DNA of 64,000 bases, taken from positions 13,074 to 77,073 of the forward strand of contig CAVTEN010000039.1 in assembly GCA_963733715.1 (NCBI GenBank). The letters are read 5' to 3'. The first letter of the stretch is position 1, and every line of letters starts with the position of its first letter. Source of the stretch: an uncultured delta proteobacterium (GTDB lineage: Bacteria > Desulfobacterota > Binatia > Binatales > Binataceae). Below are positions 58,550-64,000 of this stretch, in pieces. The notes beneath the pieces were generated by a model, which ran no database searches, had not been told where the DNA came from, and saw nothing but the letters and a program-made list of their open reading frames with translations. Made by a program: the position numbers and the translations under genes.

Positions 58550-58590
58550 AACCTAACCCCTAACCCCTTCCTCGAGGGAAGGGGAGCTGG
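58550..58590 (-). repeat. REP family A copy 8
   Basis: AACCTAACCCCTAACCCCTTCC-TCGA-GGGAAGGGG-AGCTGG. Confidence 0.85.
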
Positions 58591-58901
58591 AATAGGTGGA
58601 GTCACCTCTTCCCTTGAACAGGAAGCTGAACAAATCGTCATTGTGTCACTGTCATGCAACAAATCACTTGCGTGCAACGCTGATCGTGAATTCCGATCAT
58701 AACGAGGCGGATCGGACTGCACTCAAATAGTCAATTAAGTGGCTTCCAATCGCATTTGGCTAGTCTGTTCAGAAATCGGACAGTCGCCTTCGAGGCGCGC
58801 AGTTCTTGGCCCCGCCCTTGCTAAATACCCCATACGGATCGCAGCTGTGTGACGCCTTGGGGACTGGGCTGGCGCAGTGCTCGTCCATGGAGGTGCCGCT
58901 G

Positions 58902-59318
58902 ATGGCAGTACGAGTGCTCATTGCGGACAGCTCGGGGATCACGCGGGACATCATGCGCAATCATCTGGAATGCGGCGGATGTCAGATAGTAGCGGAGACC
59001 GAGACGGTCGCGCAGACAATCGATCTCTTCCGCACTACGCGGCCGGATGTCGTCACGCTCGACATCGGGCTGCGTAGTGAGCGAGGGCTCGACGGCTTGT
59101 CGCTGTTCAGGATGATTCGCCGCGAATCGCCGGACACGTCGATCGTGATGGTCAGCGCGTCGCAGGCACCGGACGACAATCGAATCTACCTGCGCGAGGG
59201 CGCGCTCGAATGTATCGTCGAGCCATTTGACAGTTATGGGCTGGAGCGGATGTGGCGGCGACTGTCGGACATCTACCCCGAGCTCAGACGCCGCGACGAG
59301 GCGGCGTCGGGGCGCTGA
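58902..59318 (+). CDS. stand-alone response regulator receiver domain (atypical)
   Basis: 'RVLIADS','PDVVTLDI','IVMVSA','GALECIVEPF'; GGAGG RBS before ATG 58902. Confidence 0.85.
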   Translation: MAVRVLIADSSGITRDIMRNHLECGGCQIVAETETVAQTIDLFRTTRPDVVTLDIGLRSERGLDGLSLFRMIRRESPDTSIVMVSASQAPDDNRIYLREGALECIVEPFDSYGLERMWRRLSDIYPELRRRDEAASGR

Positions 59319-59334
59319 AATAGCTAACCGACCA

Positions 59335-60108
59335 TCAGTCTGTCGAACGCTCTAGCGCAACCATCAGGCGTTCGATTAAGAGGGGCTGGCCGGGGATGCA
59401 ATTGATCCAGAGCACCCATCCCGAATTCTCGCTCGAGTAGAGCGGCGCCGGGGTGCCGCAATAAAATGCGCGCGTCGAGCCCTGCGACACGTCGCTCAGC
59501 ACGTGCACGTGGCCGAGCGCGACGTAGTCGTAATGCGAGCGCTGGATGTCCGCCGGCGTGATCGGCGACGATCTCTCAATCTCGCCCTCCTCCATGAAGA
59601 AGCCGTGCGCGAGCGCGATGTTCCAGCGTCCTTCCGCCGGCTCGGGTACGCCGCTCATCGGGCGATAGTCGGGAGTATGCTCGACCAGCGCGCGGCCCCA
59701 TACGCGAGTCGCCAGATCGGGGAAATCGATCGTCCTGCCTTCGGGCTCGAGAATCAGGTGCAGGTTTTCCGGAAGAACGCCGGGCGCGAGGCCGGCGTAA
59801 ATCGATCGCTCGTCGTGCGCGTCATGGTTGCCTGGGATCATCACGACCGGCATCTGCGCCCGCGCAATCGTGCCCATCGCGAACGCGAGGCCTTCCTCGG
59901 TGACGCGCGCCGAATCGAAAAGATCGCCGACAATCAGCAGCATGTCGGCGTGGCGCTCGTTGGCGATGTCGATGACGCGGCTGAATGCGGTGCGCACTTT
60001 GTCGCGCAACTGGATGCCGCGCTCGCCGGATCCGAACGTGTCAGTCTCGAGATGAACGTCGGAAGTATGGAGGATCTTGAGTGGGCGATGCGGCAGCTTA
60101 GCTGGCAA
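59335..60108 (-). CDS. Mre11/SbcD-like metallophosphoesterase
   Basis: 'LHTSDVHL','VGDLFD','IPGNHD','LAHG','YVALGHVH'. Confidence 0.9.
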   Translation of the reverse strand: MPAKLPHRPLKILHTSDVHLETDTFGSGERGIQLRDKVRTAFSRVIDIANERHADMLLIVGDLFDSARVTEEGLAFAMGTIARAQMPVVMIPGNHDAHDERSIYAGLAPGVLPENLHLILEPEGRTIDFPDLATRVWGRALVEHTPDYRPMSGVPEPAEGRWNIALAHGFFMEEGEIERSSPITPADIQRSHYDYVALGHVHVLSDVSQGSTRAFYCGTPAPLYSSENSGWVLWINCIPGQPLLIERLMVALERSTD

Positions 60109-60241
60109 AATTGAGTCCTTCGATGCGCCAATTCGGTCGTGGGCGCTCAGTTCCGGTCGATGCGGACATGCTGTAGAGTCAGATTTACTAGAGTTCGGGC
60201 GCCCATACCACCGCAAAGCGTTATCGCAGAGGGCTTATCAC

Positions 60242-61261
60242 TTGATCGTCGTAATGAAAGCGCATGCCACTGAAGCCGAGATTCAGGCCGTAGCCAGGAT
60301 GGTCGAGGAACTCGACTACAACGCGCACATTATTCGCGGCATCGAGCGCACCGTCGTCGCATGCGTCGGCGATGAGCGCGGCGAGAAGCATCAACTGACG
60401 CATCTCGAGTCCGTGGCTGGGGTCGAGCGCGTGATGCCGGTGGTGCGGTCGTTCAAGTTGTCGTCGCGCGAGGTGCGCCCCGAAGGATCGATAGTCAAAG
60501 TCGGCGGCATGGAAATCGGCGGCAAGCGAATCGCGGTGATCGCGGGACCGTGCGCAATCGAAAGTGAGGAGCAAGTAGAAGCCGCGGCAGATGCGGTGAA
60601 AAAAGCGGGCGCGCATGCGCTGCGCGGCGGAGCATTCAAGCCGCGCACGTCGCCGTACTCGTTCCAGGGAATGGAAGAAGAGGGACTCGTGTTGCTCGAG
60701 CACGCCGGGCGGCGCGTCGGATTGCCGGTGGTGACCGAGATTATGGACCCGCACGATATCGACCTGGTCGCCGAGCATTCCGACATGCTGCAGGTCGGCG
60801 CGCGCAATGCGCAGAATTTCTCGCTGCTGCGCCGTCTCGGCAGGATCAAGAAGCCGGTGCTGCTCAAGCGCGGCATGTCGATGAAGCTCGAAGAGTTCAT
60901 GATGGCGGCGGAATATATTTTGTCGGAGGGCAATCCCAACGTCGTGCTATGCGAGCGCGGGATTCGCACCTTCGAGACCGCGACGCGCAACACGCTTGAT
61001 CTGAACGCCGTGCCGCTGCTCAAGGAATGGACGCATCTGCCGGTGCTGGTCGATCCGAGTCACGGGACTGGAATCTACAAGATGGTGGCGCCGATGGCTC
61101 TGGCAGCGATCGCAGCGGGTGCCGACGGCCTGCTGATCGAAGTGCATCCGAAGCCCGAGGCCGCGCTGTCCGACGGCCCGCAGCAATTGAAACCGTCGCG
61201 CTTCGCCGATTTGATGAAGACGCTGAAGCCGCTGGCGGAGGCGGTCGGAAGAACGCTGTAA
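60242..61261 (+). CDS. aroF: DAHP synthase, class I-beta with N-terminal ACT domain
   Basis: 'IAGPCAIES','RGGAFKPRTSPYSFQG','QVGARN.QNF','LKRG','CERGIRTFE','DPSHGTG'. Confidence 0.95.
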   Translation: MIVVMKAHATEAEIQAVARMVEELDYNAHIIRGIERTVVACVGDERGEKHQLTHLESVAGVERVMPVVRSFKLSSREVRPEGSIVKVGGMEIGGKRIAVIAGPCAIESEEQVEAAADAVKKAGAHALRGGAFKPRTSPYSFQGMEEEGLVLLEHAGRRVGLPVVTEIMDPHDIDLVAEHSDMLQVGARNAQNFSLLRRLGRIKKPVLLKRGMSMKLEEFMMAAEYILSEGNPNVVLCERGIRTFETATRNTLDLNAVPLLKEWTHLPVLVDPSHGTGIYKMVAPMALAAIAAGADGLLIEVHPKPEAALSDGPQQLKPSRFADLMKTLKPLAEAVGRTL

Positions 61262-61278
61262 TTGGCGGTGCGATTTAT

Positions 61279-61755
61279 CCGGTTCCCCTTCCCACTATGG
61301 GAAGGGGTTAGGGGTTAGGTTGCTTTCGTCCAAGCGCCTCCCTGATGTAGTCGACCGCCGCTTCAACATCGATCATCCCCTCGTTCGGAATTCTGAGGAC
61401 CCGAACCCCCGCCCGAATGATGGTTTTGTCACGCGATTGGTCGTACTTCCACTGTTCCTGATGAACCCCTCCGTCTAGTTCGATCGCCAATTTGGCGGCT
61501 GCGCAATAAAAGTCGACCACATATCCTTCGATTACCTGCTGGCGGCGAAAGTGAAATCCGTCGATCGCATTCCGTCGAATGGCGGCCCAGAGTCTGCGCT
61601 CCGCAGGAGTCATCTCGCGCCGCAATTGCTTCGCGAGAGACAGCTTGTCTGGTGACACACGTTTGCCACGCGTGACTTTGCGGCTTGGTGTCATAGGCAT
61701 AGCGCGTTCCAGATTACCTAACCCCTAACCCCTTCCCATAGTGGGAAGGGGAATC
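61279..61755. mobile_element. REP-A / DUF559 / inverted REP-A cassette 2
   Basis: Perfect 38-bp inverted repeats 61283-61320 and 61716-61753 (ACTAT loops) flank an intact DUF559 gene. Mobility is inferred. Confidence 0.6.
61308..61700 (-). CDS. DUF559 (Vsr-like) endonuclease
   Basis: 'EMTPAE..LW','FRRQQVIEGYVVDFYC...LAIELDGGVH','D..RD','GVRVLRIPN'; ends 'PNP*' inside the REP. Confidence 0.92.
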   Translation of the reverse strand: MPMTPSRKVTRGKRVSPDKLSLAKQLRREMTPAERRLWAAIRRNAIDGFHFRRQQVIEGYVVDFYCAAAKLAIELDGGVHQEQWKYDQSRDKTIIRAGVRVLRIPNEGMIDVEAAVDYIREALGRKQPNP

Positions 61756-61914
61756 AAATTGAAGAGCACTTCCGGTGCCGGAAGGGGAACAAGATAAAAC
61801 ACCCCCTACCTATGGGTTGCACTCGGAATGTATCGGCGCTATTTCGGACAATGATCCTCGCTCGAGGTGCTGAGCAACGTTTCCCTAACTCAGATCGCGA
61901 AAGGAGTAATTGTC

Positions 61915-62355
61915 ATGGCAGGTAAGTCAGTCAAACCGATCCCCGATGGGTACCATACCGTCACTCCATTCTTGAACGTGAAGGGCGTGGCGAAGCTGAT
62001 CGATTTTATGAAGTCGGCACTGGGCGCCGAGGAGGTCATGCGGATGCCCGGCCCGGACGGCACCGTGATGCATGCCGAAGTGAGCATCGGAAATTCGCGA
62101 CTGATGCTCGGTGAGCCGATGCAGACCGGGGCCTCGACCAGTGCTTTCTACGTTTATGTGAGCGACGTCGACTCGATGTACAAAAGGGCGACCGGTGCGG
62201 GAGCCAAGTCAGTCAGTCCGCCGACCGATCAGTTCTGGGGCGACAGAATGGCCACAGTGACAGACCCGTTTGGAAATACCTGGTCGCTCGCCACACACAA
62301 AGAGGATCCAACTCCCGAGGAGATGGCCAAGCGAATGGCCGCAGCGAATCGCTAA
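61915..62355 (+). CDS. VOC/glyoxalase (PhnB-like) protein
   Basis: 'KPIPDGYHTVTP.L','MHAEV.IG.S.LML','DQFWGDR...V.DPFGN.W'. Confidence 0.9.
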   Translation: MAGKSVKPIPDGYHTVTPFLNVKGVAKLIDFMKSALGAEEVMRMPGPDGTVMHAEVSIGNSRLMLGEPMQTGASTSAFYVYVSDVDSMYKRATGAGAKSVSPPTDQFWGDRMATVTDPFGNTWSLATHKEDPTPEEMAKRMAAANR

Positions 62356-62367
62356 ACGGGAATTTCA

Positions 62368-62401
62368 ATGCGAGGGATCCCTTCCGGGGGATCCCTCGCA
62401 T
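62368..62401 (+). terminator. probable terminator hairpin
   Basis: ATGCGAGGGATCCC / GGGATCCCTCGCAT 14-bp perfect stem just after the VOC stop codon. Confidence 0.75.
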
Positions 62402-62514
62402 CATTTCGATTCGATTGTAAATTTTACCGACTATTTTTTCGATTCCTGAGGGTTCAAACCTTTGCAACATGCACGAATTGCAATATGGTGAGCGTCCCTA
62501 ACAGGCATAAGGTA

Positions 62515-64000
62515 ATGCGCCTCAACCACTCTAACAGCGCAACCAACTCAAGGTCTGCAAAACAAAAATCCGCCCGCGCCGTGACGGCCAAGGCGGTTGA
62601 GCGTCTTGAGAAGGCGCCTACCGGCATCACCGGTCTCGACGAAGTAACTTTAGGCGGGCTCCCGCGCGGACGTGCGACGCTCATTTGCGGCGGTGCAGGA
62701 TGCGGCAAGACCATGCTCGCGGTCGAGTTTCTGGTCAACGGCGTGCGCGACTATGGGGAACCGGGCGTGTTCGTCGCCTTCGAGGAAACCAGGGACGAGC
62801 TGGTTGTAAACGCCGCTTCGCTTGATTTCGATCTCGGCAAACTTGTCCGCCAGGGCAAGCTGGCGATCGATCACGTGCATATCGATCCGAACGAAATTGC
62901 CGAGACCGGCGACTACGACCTCGAGGGACTGTTCATCCGGCTCAAGTATGCGATCGAGTCGGTCGGCGCGAAGCGGGTGGTGCTGGATACGATCGAGACG
63001 CTCTTTTCAGGATTTTCGAACACGGCGCTTTTGCGCGCTGAGATCCGGCGGCTGTTTCAATTCCTGAAATCTTTCGGCGTAACCGCGATTGTCACCGGCG
63101 AACGCGGCGAGAACTCGCTCACCCGTTTCGGTCTCGAGGAATACGTCGCCGACTGCGTTATCCTGCTCGACCATCGCGTGATGGATCAAATCACCACGCG
63201 CCGCATGCGGATCGTGAAGTATCGCGGCAGCAGCCACGGCACCAACGAGTATCCGTTCATCATCGACGAGCAGGGATTTTCGGTGTTGCCGGTCACCTCG
63301 ATGGCGTTGCAGCACAAGGTCTCGAGCGAGGTGATCTCGACCGGCGTGCCGGACCTCGACGCGATGCTGGGCGTTGGCGGCTACTATCGTGGCAGCACGG
63401 TTCTGATGTCGGGTACGGCCGGCATGGGGAAAAGCAGCTTCGCCTCCGCGCTGGCGCGTTCGGCATGCGAGCACGGTGAGCGGGTCCTTTACTTTGCTTT
63501 CGAAGAATCGGAACAGCAGATCGTCCGCAACATGCGATCGGTCGGCATCGACCTGCAGCCGCATCTCGACGGCGGACGGCTGCGGATTCGTCGCACAGCG
63601 TCCGTTTCTCTACGGCTTGGAGATGCATCTCGTTACGATGCACAAGGAGATCGAACGATTCCGGCCGGGCGTAGTGATTGTGGATCCGATTTCCAACCTG
63701 GTCTCGGCTGGAACTCCGCGCGAAGTGACCGCGATGCTTACGCTGCTCATCGACTTCCTGAAAGGGGAGGGCATCACCGGCTTCTTCACCGTGCTCACCG
63801 AGAATGGCGGACGGCTGGAAACGTCCGACGTCGGAATTTCGTCGCTCATCGACACCTGGATGCTGGTGCGCGATATCGAGGTTTCAGGAGAGCGCAATCG
63901 CGGACTCTACGTCCTGAAATCGCGCGGCATGAATCACTCCAATCAGATCCGCGAGTTCATCTTGAGCGGCAAAGGGATCAAGCTGGTCGAAGTTTATCTC
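62515..64000 (+). CDS. kaiC: two-domain circadian clock-type ATPase KaiC, +1 frameshift at about 63589, runs off the window end
   Basis: Manual translation: 'PTGITGLD...GGLPRGR','GGAGCGKT','FEE','GLEEYVADCV','VKYRGS.HG'; second domain 'GTAGMGKS', then after removing one base 'RP..YGLEMHL','DPISNL','ISSLIDTW','LKSRGMNHSNQIREF'. Confidence 0.92.
   Translation, partial: MRLNHSNSATNSRSAKQKSARAVTAKAVERLEKAPTGITGLDEVTLGGLPRGRATLICGGAGCGKTMLAVEFLVNGVRDYGEPGVFVAFEETRDELVVNAASLDFDLGKLVRQGKLAIDHVHIDPNEIAETGDYDLEGLFIRLKYAIESVGAKRVVLDTIETLFSGFSNTALLRAEIRRLFQFLKSFGVTAIVTGERGENSLTRFGLEEYVADCVILLDHRVMDQITTRRMRIVKYRGSSHGTNEYPFIIDEQGFSVLPVTSMALQHKVSSEVISTGVPDLDAMLGVGGYYRGSTVLMSGTAGMGKSSFASALARSACEHGERVLYFAFEESEQQIVRNMRSVGIDLQPHLDGGRLRIRRTASVSLRLGDASRYDAQGDRTIPAGRSDCGSDFQPGLGWNSARSDRDAYAAHRLPERGGHHRLLHRAHREWRTAGNVRRRNFVAHRHLDAGARYRGFRRAQSRTLRPEIARHESLQSDPRVHLERQRDQAGRSLS

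Noticed and set aside
63575-63605. Programmed ribosomal frameshift in kaiC or tatC
   Set aside because: No slippery heptamer or stimulatory structure is visible, and similar single indels affect many unrelated genes.

Overview
This is a GC-rich 64 kb bacterial chromosomal segment with no rRNA, tRNA, CRISPR array, prophage or transposase that I could recognise. The gene mix (DUF1329, several luciferase-like monooxygenases, amidohydrolase, APH-like kinase, DUF507 pair, DUF4911, small 'RHAAAL..GWYLMxPP...CxAxDDPRL' secreted proteins) suggests Candidatus Binatota/Binataceae or a related Deltaproteobacteria-like lineage; that is inference from gene content. All product calls come from motif recognition, not database searches. 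Housekeeping islands: tatBC, ptsP, cyaY, groES-groEL with a CIRCE box, aroF, kaiC. Most notable accessory features: (1) a family of ten palindromic repeats (CCCCTTCCC-loop-GGGAAGGGG-TTAGGGG-TTAGG), two pairs of which form perfect inverted ends around DUF559 nuclease genes, suggesting a nuclease-associated REP or mobile cassette with no transposase; (2) a tandemly duplicated module of a MauG/BthA-like diheme enzyme plus a small secreted FN3 protein, with a conserved intergenic RNA hairpin; (3) two membrane-anchored FHA-CAP proteins with degenerate FHA motifs around a lipoprotein; (4) a pseudopilin-only Tad cluster (2 TadG, 3 TadE) whose two cassettes share a CTACA-N3-TGTAG upstream motif; (5) an ArsA/Get3-like ATPase pair converging on a phasin-like gene. 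At least seven genes carry single frameshifts, which more likely reflects assembly indel errors than true decay.
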